Source: a bacterium (GTDB lineage: Bacteria; Krumholzibacteriota; Krumholzibacteriia; Krumholzibacteriales; Krumholzibacteriaceae). Taken from it: 64,000 nt of DNA. The notes beneath the pieces were generated by a model, which was not told the origin of the DNA, did no database searches, and was given only the letters and a program-made list of their open reading frames with translations. The stretch lies in contig CP070727.1 in the NCBI GenBank assembly GCA_020350885.1, forward strand, positions 2,037,163 through 2,101,162, given 5' to 3'. The translations under genes were made by a program, and so were the position numbers. Positions 38,287 through 48,034 of the stretch are shown here, one piece after another (within the stretch, counting starts at the first letter, position 1; every line of letters starts with the position of its first letter).

Positions 38287-41088
38287 ATGCGCTTTCCATT
38301 CAGGACAATCATCGCCCTCCTGCTCCTGCAACTGACCGTTCCCGCCTCCACCACGGCGCAGTATCCCTTCGGAAAGAATAAGATACAGTACGCCCCCAAG
38401 GACTGGAAAGTCATCGAGACCCCGCATACCGAGATCTTCTACTACCCGGAGGAGATCGCAATAGCCGAATTCGTCGCCGGCATCTGCGAAGACGTCTACT
38501 ACGAATATTCGGACTTCTACAAGCTGGAGTTCGAACACAAGATCCCGATCATCCTCTACGGAACACACCACGATTTCAAGGAGACAAACGTTATACCCTA
38601 CTTCATCTCGGAGGGTACCGGCGGTTTCACGGAGTTCATGAAGGGCCGTGTGGCCATACCGTTCATCGGCTCATACGGACAGTTCGAGGGTGTCTTCAGG
38701 CACGAGCTCGCACACGCATTCATGCTCGAGAAGCTCCGCATCGTCAACAAAAAGCACCGGAGCTACACTTACAGCCATCCGCCTCTCTGGTTCACAGAGG
38801 GACTGGCGGAGTATCTCGCCCATGGTGGTCCCGACAGCGAGGCACATATGTTCATGCGGGATGCGATCACGGGCGAGGCCTTCTTCCCCCTCACGGAACT
38901 GTACCGCATCGAGGGAACCTACCTGATGTACAAGGAGGGGGAAAGCGCACTGCACTACATCTCCATGCGCTTCGGGAGGGAATCGATACGCCTGATTCTG
39001 GAGAATTGGTGGAAGAGCGACAGCTTCGATGGAGTGCTCAAGAAGACGATCGGGATGGATGTGGCCGAACTGAACAATGACTGGCAGCAGTACCTGAAGA
39101 GACGCTACTTTCCGGCGATTCTCAATCGCAGGCGCATCGATGAGATCGCAGAACGCCTCTCGCCCAAGGAACGTTCGTTCGAGATGCATCCCGTCTGTAT
39201 CAGAAACGGCGACACCGAACGGGTCTTTTGCATCGGATTCGGACTCGGAAGCATCGATCTCTTCGAATTGAAAGAGGGGAAACGGGGGAGGCACCGGAGG
39301 GAGACCGTTATCAGGGGAGGACGATCTACCCGCTTTGAATCGATTCCAATTCTGAGAAGCCGGATATCAATCAAGGGCGACACGCTCGTCTTCGTGGCAA
39401 AAGTTGGCGAGCGGGACGCTATCTATCTGTATGACGCCACTGAGATGAAGGTACTCGACAGGATATCATTCAAGGGCGCACGGATCATGAGCTCGCCCTG
39501 CATCTCACACGATGGGCGTCACATAGCCTTCACTGCAATCGACGGCACGGGTAAATCGGATCTCTTTACCGGCGATCTCGCCACACGGACATTTCGAAGA
39601 CTCACAAACGATTATTACCACGATCTCCATCCCGACTGGCATCCTTCTAAAGATCTCCTCGTTTTCAGCTCGGATCGCTGCCAGGACGGGCTCGACGGTA
39701 AATACGCCCTTTACACATTCGATGTCGAAACTTCCCGGCTCGCTCCGATCACCGATGGAAAGTACCACGACACCGATCCCCGCTGGCTTCCGGACGGTGA
39801 TGGTGTCATCTTTTCATCAGACCGCAGCGGCACCTACGATATATACACCCTTCGTGATGCACGGGTGATACGCCAGACGAACGTGCTGGGCGGTGCGTTC
39901 AATCCATACCCGTGCAGCGGTGGAACCCGGTTTCTCATGGCCGCCTACATCGGGGGAACGTACCGGATATTCCGCGCGCCACTCAAGGACGATGGAGAAA
40001 CGAGACCCCTGTCGTTCACGAGTGTTACCGCCCCGCCATGGACGCCGCACACGCCGGACAGCATATTAAATTTCAAAAAGAAGGATTACCGTCTCCGGTT
40101 CGGCCTCGATTTCATCGGAGCCGCCTTTGCGGTCGATCCGGATTTCGGATACATGGGCAACGGTGCACAGCTCTTCCTCACCGATCTGCTGGGAAACCAC
40201 CAGTTGATGATTCTCTTCGGCAGCGCTTCCGACGACTTCGACGACTTCTGGCGCAATGTCAACGTCGCAGTGACATACGTAAACCAGTCAAGCCGCCTGA
40301 ACTACGCCGTCGGTGCATTCCATCTGGCGACATATATGCGCTCTTATATCGAATCGCTCAGGTTCGAACGCCGTTATGGAGTAATCGGAGGGATCAGCTA
40401 TCCATTCTCGAAATTCACCCGTGTCGATCTCTCGACGGTCTTCAAGGGTATGGAGCGTGACGACGACATAACGTATCTGGGGTTGCAGGAGGGGAGCAGC
40501 TGGCTCATCTCGAACTACATTTCATTCACCACCGATAATATCGTCTGGTACATCGGCGGGCCGCTCACCGGCCACCGGCTGAATATAGCACTCGGGAATA
40601 CCCTGGATCTAAAAGGAACGGATTACGAGAGCACAACGCTACATGTCGATGTCCGTAATTACATCAATATCAGCAAGCGGATTGTATTCGCTCAGCGGTT
40701 TGTGAGCAGGAACGCATGGGGAAGCGACCTCCAGCTCTTCTACCTCGGCGGTGCCTGGGATTTGCGCGGGTACGACTTCAGAGAATTTTTCGGCAAGCGG
40801 ATCATTCTCATCAATAACGAGCTACGGTTTCCGCTGATAGACCGTTTCCTGCTCAGATTCCCTTTCGGACATATCGATTTCCCCTTCTTCAGAGGTTCCC
40901 TCTTCTTCGATATCGGAAGGGTGGACGGATTCATACACGATACGGGATGGCTGGGAAGTTTCGGAACCGGAGTGGAGATGAATCTAGGCTACCTGCCCGT
41001 TGTGCGGATAAACTTCAGCAGGCTGACCGATTTCAAAGAGATCGACGATGATACCCGTGTCGATTTCTTTATCGGTTTCAACTATTAG
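38287..41088 (+). CDS. Secreted multidomain protein: gluzincin-like metallopeptidase domain, TolB/PD40 beta-propeller, C-terminal Omp85-family (surface-antigen D15-like) beta-barrel
   Basis: Signal peptide (IIALLLLQLTVPASTTA). HExxH plus downstream Glu (FRHELAHAFML...WFTEGLAEYLAHGG). PD40-like repeats (SHDGRHIAFTAIDGTGKSDLF, DWHPSKDLLVFSSDRCQDG, DPRWLPDGDGVIFSSDRSGTYDIYTL). C-terminal ~330 aa with Omp85 hallmarks (YLGGAWDLRGYDFREFFG...LRFPL...LFFDIGRV...SFGTGVEMNLGYLPVVRINFS) and terminal FFIGFNY. Confidence 0.6.
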   Translation: MRFPFRTIIALLLLQLTVPASTTAQYPFGKNKIQYAPKDWKVIETPHTEIFYYPEEIAIAEFVAGICEDVYYEYSDFYKLEFEHKIPIILYGTHHDFKETNVIPYFISEGTGGFTEFMKGRVAIPFIGSYGQFEGVFRHELAHAFMLEKLRIVNKKHRSYTYSHPPLWFTEGLAEYLAHGGPDSEAHMFMRDAITGEAFFPLTELYRIEGTYLMYKEGESALHYISMRFGRESIRLILENWWKSDSFDGVLKKTIGMDVAELNNDWQQYLKRRYFPAILNRRRIDEIAERLSPKERSFEMHPVCIRNGDTERVFCIGFGLGSIDLFELKEGKRGRHRRETVIRGGRSTRFESIPILRSRISIKGDTLVFVAKVGERDAIYLYDATEMKVLDRISFKGARIMSSPCISHDGRHIAFTAIDGTGKSDLFTGDLATRTFRRLTNDYYHDLHPDWHPSKDLLVFSSDRCQDGLDGKYALYTFDVETSRLAPITDGKYHDTDPRWLPDGDGVIFSSDRSGTYDIYTLRDARVIRQTNVLGGAFNPYPCSGGTRFLMAAYIGGTYRIFRAPLKDDGETRPLSFTSVTAPPWTPHTPDSILNFKKKDYRLRFGLDFIGAAFAVDPDFGYMGNGAQLFLTDLLGNHQLMILFGSASDDFDDFWRNVNVAVTYVNQSSRLNYAVGAFHLATYMRSYIESLRFERRYGVIGGISYPFSKFTRVDLSTVFKGMERDDDITYLGLQEGSSWLISNYISFTTDNIVWYIGGPLTGHRLNIALGNTLDLKGTDYESTTLHVDVRNYINISKRIVFAQRFVSRNAWGSDLQLFYLGGAWDLRGYDFREFFGKRIILINNELRFPLIDRFLLRFPFGHIDFPFFRGSLFFDIGRVDGFIHDTGWLGSFGTGVEMNLGYLPVVRINFSRLTDFKEIDDDTRVDFFIGFNY

Positions 41089-41098
41089 TGAATGCCGT

Positions 41099-42952
41099 TC
41101 AGTTCCCTTTCGTCCCTTTCTCGAATACCTCGATTGCAACGTTGTACCTGTTGAAGGGAGCGCTGATCTGCACACCGTTGATATGGGGGAGGAGCTGCCG
41201 GAGCAGCTCGATCGCGATATCTATACCCTCGCGCATCGCTTCCTCACCGCTTCCGGCCTCACGCATCCGCTGCATGATGCCGTCCGGTACCGTAACACCG
41301 GGAAGCTCATTGTTCATGAACTCCGCGTTCTTGTAACTCGTGAGCGGCCAGATCCCGGCGATGATCGGGATCCTCATCGTATCGATCGCTTCGAGGAACC
41401 GTTCGAACTGAGCAATATCGAAGATTGGCTGCGTCACGGCGAACTCTGCACCGGCATCGACCTTCCAATAAAACCTATGCATCTCTTCCTCGAAGTTGAC
41501 TGCACCGGGATTGACACCGACACCGATATGGAAGGCAGTTGGAACACCGAGATGTCTTCCGCCGATATCCCGGCCGTAGTTGAGTTCGTGCACAACATTG
41601 GTGAGCCCGATCGAGTCGATATCGAATACCGCCGTTGCATCCGGATAATCGCCTGTTCTGATGGGATCTCCCGTTATGATCAGGATGTTGCGAAGTCCGA
41701 GTGCGTGCGCGCCGAGAAGATCGGATTGCATTCCCAGGATGTTCCTATCCCTACAGCAGTAATGGAGCATCGTCTCGACACCGATCAGCTGTTCGATCAG
41801 CACCGCCAGCGCGAGAGGGCTCATACGCGATGTGGCACGGGGGCTGTCGGGTATGTTGATCGCATCGACACCCGCCTCCGAGAGATGCCGCGCGGCCTCG
41901 AGCACCTTACTCGGATCGCACCCGCGGGGGGGAACGAGCTCGACGACGCAGACCGGTTCCCCTTCACAGATGCGCGAGGCGAGCCTCGACTTGTCACGAG
42001 TCTCGACCGCCTCGGCCTCCACGACGCTCTTCTCGGGTTCGGATTTTACGGGAGCAGGCTCCCGGACCGGACGGACGGTGCGAAGCGCATCCCGGATAGC
42101 CCTGATGTGCGCCGGTGTCGTTCCGCAGCATCCACCGATCACCCTGGCACCCACCTGTACGAACCGCCTGGCGTACTCGGCGAGATACTCGGGGGAGACG
42201 AGATAGATATTCCTGCCCTCGATATTCTGCGGTATGCCCGCATTCGGCTGTACGGAGATATACCCGTCGACGGCCCGTGCCATCTTCTCCACCGCCTCGA
42301 GCATCACTTTCGGTCCCACGGAGCAATTCACTCCGATCACATCAACGTTCCATTGAATGAGCGTCCGGGCGAATCCATCGGGTTCCGTGCCGTACAGCCC
42401 TAGTCCGTCGTTCTGGAGAGTCATCTGTGCGACGATCGGCAGGTCGCATACCGTCCGTACGCCCCTGATCGCCTGATGGATTTCGTTGAGATCTGCAAAC
42501 GTTTCGAGGACGAAGATATCGACGCCGCCATCATTCAGCGCCTGTGCCTGCTCCCGGAAGGCTTCTGCGGCCTCCTCGTTCGATGTCGGTCCCCATGGCT
42601 CGATCTTGATGCCGAGCGGACCGATCGCCCCAGCGACAAGCACACCGGTGCCAGCTGCCTTTCTGGCGAGCTCGGCACCCTGCCTGTTGATATCGGCTAG
42701 CTTACCATCCAGACCGAAAAGTTTGAGCTTGTGCCTGTTTGCTCCGAACGTGTTTGTCTCGATGACGTCGGCGCCCGCTTCTACGTATTCACGGTGTATC
42801 CCCTCAACGAGCGATGGATTCGAGAGATTCGCCTCGTCAAAGCACATATTGATAAAGATGCCCCGCTCATAGAGCATGGTGCCCATTGCCCCGTCGAAGA
42901 GTACGACACCCTCGTCAAGCATACTTAAAAAATCGTTGGACATCGCAACCAT
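41099..42952 (-). CDS. yitJ: Bifunctional homocysteine S-methyltransferase / 5,10-methylenetetrahydrofolate reductase (YitJ-type)
   Basis: N-terminal Hcy-binding domain (VLFDGAMGTMLYERG, IETNTFGAN, GGCCGTTPAHIRA). C-terminal MTHFR domain (INIPDSPRATSRMSPLALA, MQSDLLGAHALGLRNILIITGD). Confidence 0.8.
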   Translation of the reverse strand: MVAMSNDFLSMLDEGVVLFDGAMGTMLYERGIFINMCFDEANLSNPSLVEGIHREYVEAGADVIETNTFGANRHKLKLFGLDGKLADINRQGAELARKAAGTGVLVAGAIGPLGIKIEPWGPTSNEEAAEAFREQAQALNDGGVDIFVLETFADLNEIHQAIRGVRTVCDLPIVAQMTLQNDGLGLYGTEPDGFARTLIQWNVDVIGVNCSVGPKVMLEAVEKMARAVDGYISVQPNAGIPQNIEGRNIYLVSPEYLAEYARRFVQVGARVIGGCCGTTPAHIRAIRDALRTVRPVREPAPVKSEPEKSVVEAEAVETRDKSRLASRICEGEPVCVVELVPPRGCDPSKVLEAARHLSEAGVDAINIPDSPRATSRMSPLALAVLIEQLIGVETMLHYCCRDRNILGMQSDLLGAHALGLRNILIITGDPIRTGDYPDATAVFDIDSIGLTNVVHELNYGRDIGGRHLGVPTAFHIGVGVNPGAVNFEEEMHRFYWKVDAGAEFAVTQPIFDIAQFERFLEAIDTMRIPIIAGIWPLTSYKNAEFMNNELPGVTVPDGIMQRMREAGSGEEAMREGIDIAIELLRQLLPHINGVQISAPFNRYNVAIEVFEKGTKGN

Positions 42953-43106
42953 CCAATCATTTCCGTGATGTGCACGCTACCGCGCTGCAGCTCATACTCT
43001 GAACTTGCATCTTGAGATTCGGTCCCTTAGTATATATCGTAATTTTCAGAGAATGCAATAATGTTTGCAAGGCCCATATCAGATTACCGGTAAGAAAGAG
43101 GCTGCC

Positions 43107-44813
43107 ATGCGCTGGTCGAAGAGCTGCATACCAACCCTGAAGGAGAATCCGCACGAGGCGGAGATCCCGAGCCACCGCCTGATGCTCAGGGCGGGTCTCG
43201 TGAAGAAACTGACATCGGGCATCTATACATTCCTGCCGCTCGGATTCAGAGTGCTGAAGAAGATAGAACGGATCGTCCGTGAAGAGATGGACGCCATCGG
43301 GTGCCAGGAAGTCCTCATGCCGATCCTGCATCCGACCGACATCTACGAGGAGAGCGGTCGGCTCAAGAGTTTCGGTCCCGAGCTCTTCAAGCTCGCCGAC
43401 AGCAAGAAACGCACATTCGCCCTGGGTCCAACGCACGAAGAGGTCATAACGATGGTGGCACGGGATACGATGCGCAGCTACCGCGATCTCCCCCAGTGCA
43501 TGTATCAGATCCTCATCAAGTTCAGGGACGAGATACGGCCGCGCTACGGTGTGATACGGGCACGTGAATTCATCATGAAGGATGCGTACAGCTTTCATGT
43601 CGACGACGAATCACTCGATCTGACCTACCGGGACATGGCGAAGGCGTACAGCAAAATCATCGAACGCTGCGGTTTGAATTATCGGATGGTCGAGGCGGAA
43701 TCCGGTTATATCGGGGGGGACGAGTCACACGAATTCATGGTGCTCGCAGGTAACGGAGAGTCCGAGATACTGAGCTGTACGTGCGGCTACGCCGTCAATC
43801 TCGAACGGGCGGCCGCACGCCGACCACCTGAACCGGAGGGGGACGGGAACGGTAAACAACCCTACCGTGAAGTCGAAACTCCCGGTATGACCACCGTCGA
43901 GGATGTCTCGACATTTCTCAAGGTCGAGCCTGCCGCACTGGTGAAGACACTTCTCTACCGTAGCGGTGAACGCGACATAGCTGTTCTCGTACCCGGTGAC
44001 CGGGAGGTCAACGATATCAAGCTCGTACGGGTAATCGACGATCCCGATATCAGGTTCCTCGAACCCCGGGAGATCGAAACGCTGACAGGTGGTCCCGTCG
44101 GATTCTCGGGTCCCGTGGGGCTGCCGGGAGGAACGGTGATCTATGCGGATAACCTGATAAAGACCTACACCGAGATGATCGTCGGCGCAAACAAGGCCGA
44201 CCACCACCTGGCCGGTGTCCGTGCAGGCAGGGATTTCTCGATCGACCATTTCGAGGATTTCGTGTGGGCCAGGGAGGGGGATCTCTGTCCACTGTGTGAC
44301 AAATCCATGACGCTTCACAGCGGTGTCGAAGTGGGACACATCTTCAAGCTCGGTTCCAAGTACTCGGCGAGTATGAATGCGGTGTTCCTCGATGAGAAGG
44401 GGGAGAGCCGTCCGTACGTCATGGGATGCTACGGATTCGGTGTCTCCCGTATGGTCGCCGCAGCCATCGAGCAGCACCACGACGGAGACGGGATCATCTG
44501 GCCCGAAACGATTACACCATTCCAGTTATTGATTCTCCCCGTGAACGTCAACGACCGGAAGATCTTCGAGACGGCATCACGTTTCGAACGGGAGCTCGAG
44601 GATCACGGGCTCGAGGTGCTCCTGGATGACAGGGATCTCAGCCCCGGTGTCAAATTCAAGGATGCGGACCTAATCGGCATTCCTCTCAGGCTTACGATCG
44701 GTAAAAAGCTGAAGGAAGGAAAAGTGGAGCTTTTCCACCGGGGGACCCACCACATAGAGGAGGTTCCCCTCGACAGGGCAAAAGCAACGATCATGGAGAG
44801 ATTTGCAGTTTAG
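43107..44813 (+). CDS. proS: Proline--tRNA ligase (bacterial type with editing domain)
   Basis: MRWSKSCIPTLKENPHEAEIPSHRLMLRAGLVKKLTSGIYTFLPLG. Class II motifs. aagagg RBS before ATG 43107. The track ORF was trimmed. Confidence 0.9.
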   Translation: MRWSKSCIPTLKENPHEAEIPSHRLMLRAGLVKKLTSGIYTFLPLGFRVLKKIERIVREEMDAIGCQEVLMPILHPTDIYEESGRLKSFGPELFKLADSKKRTFALGPTHEEVITMVARDTMRSYRDLPQCMYQILIKFRDEIRPRYGVIRAREFIMKDAYSFHVDDESLDLTYRDMAKAYSKIIERCGLNYRMVEAESGYIGGDESHEFMVLAGNGESEILSCTCGYAVNLERAAARRPPEPEGDGNGKQPYREVETPGMTTVEDVSTFLKVEPAALVKTLLYRSGERDIAVLVPGDREVNDIKLVRVIDDPDIRFLEPREIETLTGGPVGFSGPVGLPGGTVIYADNLIKTYTEMIVGANKADHHLAGVRAGRDFSIDHFEDFVWAREGDLCPLCDKSMTLHSGVEVGHIFKLGSKYSASMNAVFLDEKGESRPYVMGCYGFGVSRMVAAAIEQHHDGDGIIWPETITPFQLLILPVNVNDRKIFETASRFERELEDHGLEVLLDDRDLSPGVKFKDADLIGIPLRLTIGKKLKEGKVELFHRGTHHIEEVPLDRAKATIMERFAV

Positions 44814-45061
44814 GAGCTGGTGAATCTCTTGGACAGTCTGGACTTGATACGAGCAGCCGTCCGCTTGTGGATGATCCTCTTCTTCGCCGCCTTATCGATA
44901 ACCGCCGCTGCACCGGGAAACTGTTGCTTGGCCGATTCGGCATCGTCGAGCGAACTGAACGATTTGACCGTTTTGCGAAGGTAGGAACGCTGTGCCCTGT
45001 TTTTAATACGCCTGCGCTCGTTCTGGCGCATCCGTTTCCATGCTGACTTGTGATTCGGCAT
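44810..45061 (-). CDS. rpsT: 30S ribosomal protein S20
   Basis: MPNHKSAWKRMRQNERRRIKNRAQRSYLRKTVKSF. GGAGGTG RBS upstream on the minus strand. The track ORF was trimmed to this ATG. Confidence 0.9.
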   Translation of the reverse strand: MPNHKSAWKRMRQNERRRIKNRAQRSYLRKTVKSFSSLDDAESAKQQFPGAAAVIDKAAKKRIIHKRTAARIKSRLSKRFTSS

Positions 45062-45109
45062 CGATGCTTCACCTCCAACGATGCGATAACATACTAGAAG
45101 GACCAACCG

Positions 45110-46930
45110 ATGTCAAGGACCCAAGTCGATAAACTCAAAGAAACGGCGAAAGCGATTCCCACCTCTCCCGGTGTCTACATCATGAAGAACGAGCGGGGGC
45201 GCCCCATCTACGTTGGAAAGGCGAAGAAGCTCTCGAGCAGGGTGCGAAGCTATCTCCAGAAGCCCGGCGGCATGCCCCCGAAGACCAGGGCTCTTATGCA
45301 GAGGGTTGCCTCGATCGATTTCATCGCAACAGGGAGCGAGGTGGAAGCGCTGGTCCTCGAATGCAATCTCATAAAGGAGTACCGTCCCCGCTACAACGTC
45401 AGGCTCAAGGATGACAAGCGGTACCCGTTTCTCAAGCTGACGCGGAACGAGCGCTTTCCGAGGCTCCTCATCACCCGGGTTGTGAAGAAGGACGGTGCGG
45501 AGTATTTCGGACCCTACACCGATTCCAGGGCGGTCCGGCGGACACTCCGGCTTATCGGCACCGTATTCCCCCTGCGCAAATGCAAGCAACGGTCCTTCTC
45601 CGATAGTCAGCGCGAGTGCCTCAACTTCCACATCAACCGGTGCCGGGCCCCCTGCACGGGTCGTATCAAAGAGACAGAATATCGTGAAATCGTCGGGCAG
45701 GTGAGGCTCTTCCTCAAGGGGCGGAACGAGGAGCTGTACGAACACTTACGCAGACGCATGAAACACCTCTCGGATCTCAAACGATACGAGGAGGCGGCCA
45801 TACTCCGGGACCAGATAGATGCCCTCGGCACGATCGCGCAGAAACAGCTCGCCCTCTCTCCGCTGGGTGATAACGAGGACGTCGTAGCACTCGCACGGGA
45901 GGGGAACAGCTCGTGTGGAGTCGTCATGAAGATACGGGAAGGCAAGATGCTCGGCTCCGAGGCATTCTTCCTTTCCGTGACTGCATCCGGGAACGACGAG
46001 TCCGTCTTCGATGCCTTTCTCGAGCTCTACTACCACAGGGCAACCGATATTCCCCCGACGATACATGTGCAAACCAAGCCGAATGATGCCGGGCTCATCG
46101 AGCAATGGCTCACCGGGCGAACGGGCCGCCGGACCACCGTGAGGGTACCCAAACGGGGGGAGAAGAAGAAGCTCGTCGACCTCGCCTACCGGAACGCACA
46201 CCTTAAGATCCTGTCGGCACAGGCATCTCGCCCGAAGAGCAGCGAGGTGCTTCGAGAGGCCAAGAAGATCCTGGGACTGACAACCACACCGCACCGCATC
46301 GAGGCGTTCGATATCTCGAATATCCACGGCGCGCAGGCCGTCGGTTCAATGGTCACCTTCCAAAACGGCCTCCCGCTGAAATCCGGATACCGACACTACA
46401 AGATACGGGATGTCGAGGGAATCGATGACGTTGCCATGATCCGGGAGGTGTTGAAACGGCGTCTTCGTCATATCAGGGAGGGCAAGGACCGTCATCCCGA
46501 TCTCATCGTCGTCGATGGCGGTGCAGGTCAGCTACGTGCAGCTCGCAGCGCCATGGACGAGCTCGAAATCAAGGGTATCGAGCTGATAGGCCTTGCTAAG
46601 AGGAACGAGGAGATCTACCGTGAAGGGGAGAAGAATCCCCTCGGGCTTCCACGCAGAAACGAGGTTCTTCGTCTCCTGCAACGCATTCGGAACGAGGCCC
46701 ACCGCTTCGCGATCGAGTACCATAGGAAGCTCAGGAGCAGGGAGCTGGAGCATTCGGAGCTCGACGGGATCCCCGGTATCGGGGAGCGGAGAAAGATACT
46801 ACTGCTCGCGAGCTTCGGCAGCGTCGAAGCACTGAAAAAGGCCGGCAGGGACGAGATCGCAGCCATACAGGGCATAGGAGAGAAGATTGCCGCAGAGATC
46901 TATTCATACTTCCACGGTCGACGGCGGTGA
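45110..46930 (+). CDS. uvrC: Excinuclease ABC subunit C
   Basis: GIY-YIG N-terminus (PGVYIMKNERGRPIYVGKAKKLSSRV...YLKL), UvrBC motif, RNaseH-like/HhH C-terminus. Confidence 0.9.
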   Translation: MSRTQVDKLKETAKAIPTSPGVYIMKNERGRPIYVGKAKKLSSRVRSYLQKPGGMPPKTRALMQRVASIDFIATGSEVEALVLECNLIKEYRPRYNVRLKDDKRYPFLKLTRNERFPRLLITRVVKKDGAEYFGPYTDSRAVRRTLRLIGTVFPLRKCKQRSFSDSQRECLNFHINRCRAPCTGRIKETEYREIVGQVRLFLKGRNEELYEHLRRRMKHLSDLKRYEEAAILRDQIDALGTIAQKQLALSPLGDNEDVVALAREGNSSCGVVMKIREGKMLGSEAFFLSVTASGNDESVFDAFLELYYHRATDIPPTIHVQTKPNDAGLIEQWLTGRTGRRTTVRVPKRGEKKKLVDLAYRNAHLKILSAQASRPKSSEVLREAKKILGLTTTPHRIEAFDISNIHGAQAVGSMVTFQNGLPLKSGYRHYKIRDVEGIDDVAMIREVLKRRLRHIREGKDRHPDLIVVDGGAGQLRAARSAMDELEIKGIELIGLAKRNEEIYREGEKNPLGLPRRNEVLRLLQRIRNEAHRFAIEYHRKLRSRELEHSELDGIPGIGERRKILLLASFGSVEALKKAGRDEIAAIQGIGEKIAAEIYSYFHGRRR

Positions 46931-47823
46931 AACCGGAGCCCTTGAACGCCTCATCGACCTCTACCTGGACCACCTTACCATAGAGAAGGGGTTAAGTGCC
47001 AATACGGTAATGGCATACAGCGCCGATTTAAAAAAAATACATTAAGCACTTGAAGCAGATCGGAATCCGTGAACCCGGCAAGATCGATTTCGATTCGAGC
47101 CTCTCGTTCGCCCGAGAGCTCGAGAAGACGAAAAGCCGTGCGACCCGGGCCCGCACGCTGAGTGCGGTGAAGGGATTTCACCGGTTTCTACTCAGGGAAG
47201 GCACGATCGAACGGGTTGAGATCGAGGAGATCGCCTCCCCGAAGATCCTCCGCACGATCCCGTTTGTTCTATCACAGGATGAGATTGTCCGGATCCTCGA
47301 TCGACCCGACGACAGCACACTCGGCATCCGCGACAGGGCGCTGCTGGAGATGGCTTATTCCACGGGAATGCGGGTATCCGAGATATGCAGCCTCATGCTG
47401 GAGCGGATTGACGAGAAGAGGCGGATCGTGCGGGTCCGTGGGAAGGGCGGGAAGGAGCGACTCGTGCCGTACGGATCGGCGGCCCACAAAGCCCTGGAGC
47501 AGTATCTCAGCCGGTCGCGACCGATACTTCTCAAGGACGGGATATCGACATCCGTATTTCTCAACTACGCCGGTAGGCCGATCACCCGCGTCGGCTTCTG
47601 GAAGATTCTCAAGAAATACGTTTCGATGGCAGGATTGCCAAGTGAGGTATCGCCCCACACACTGCGCCACTCGTTCGCAACGCACCTCATAGAGGGTGGT
47701 GCCGACCTTCGCGTCGTTCAGGAACTCCTCGGCCATTCCAGCATCGCCACAACCCAGATCTATACGAAACTCGATATGGACTATCTCATCGAGGTGCACC
47801 GGACGTTCCATCCCCGAGGGTAG
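46887..47823 (+). pseudogene. xerD: Tyrosine recombinase XerD interrupted by a +1 frameshift at an A8 homopolymer (pseudogene or assembly error)
   Basis: In frame 0, the XerD N-terminus ALERLIDLYLDHLTIEKGLSANTVMAYSADLKK reads through to a stop at 47043. The rest (HLKQIGIREP...RHSFATHLIEGGADLRVVQELLGHSSIATTQIYTKLDMDY...) continues in the +1 frame. Removing one A from the run at 47030-47037 gives one continuous ~310-aa XerD. The 5' start is unclear: there is no in-frame ATG or GTG, and a TTG at 46887 would overlap the uvrC 3' end. Confidence 0.7.
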
Positions 47824-48034
47824 GCACCGGGGGAACCGGGACGCATTGAGACCCACCCGCCGCACCCGTCTGAGGAAAGAAGTCCCGATACGTCCCGATC
47901 CTAAACAGTTGTACAGTGTGCAGGAAAGAGTTGACAGCGTGGATACCTTACCGTAGCATACTGTGCCAAATAGATGCTGCCGCGTACATTCGCACTGTAC
48001 CGGTCCGTTTTCCGCGTGTTCGATAGGCGGTTGT

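Noticed and set aside
42953-43106. Possible SAM (S-box) riboswitch in the leader of the yitJ-type methionine gene, as in Firmicutes
   Set aside because: The 154-bp divergent intergenic region, read on the minus strand, shows none of the conserved S-box helices or the kink-turn core. It is too short and AT-rich to be more than promoter sequence.
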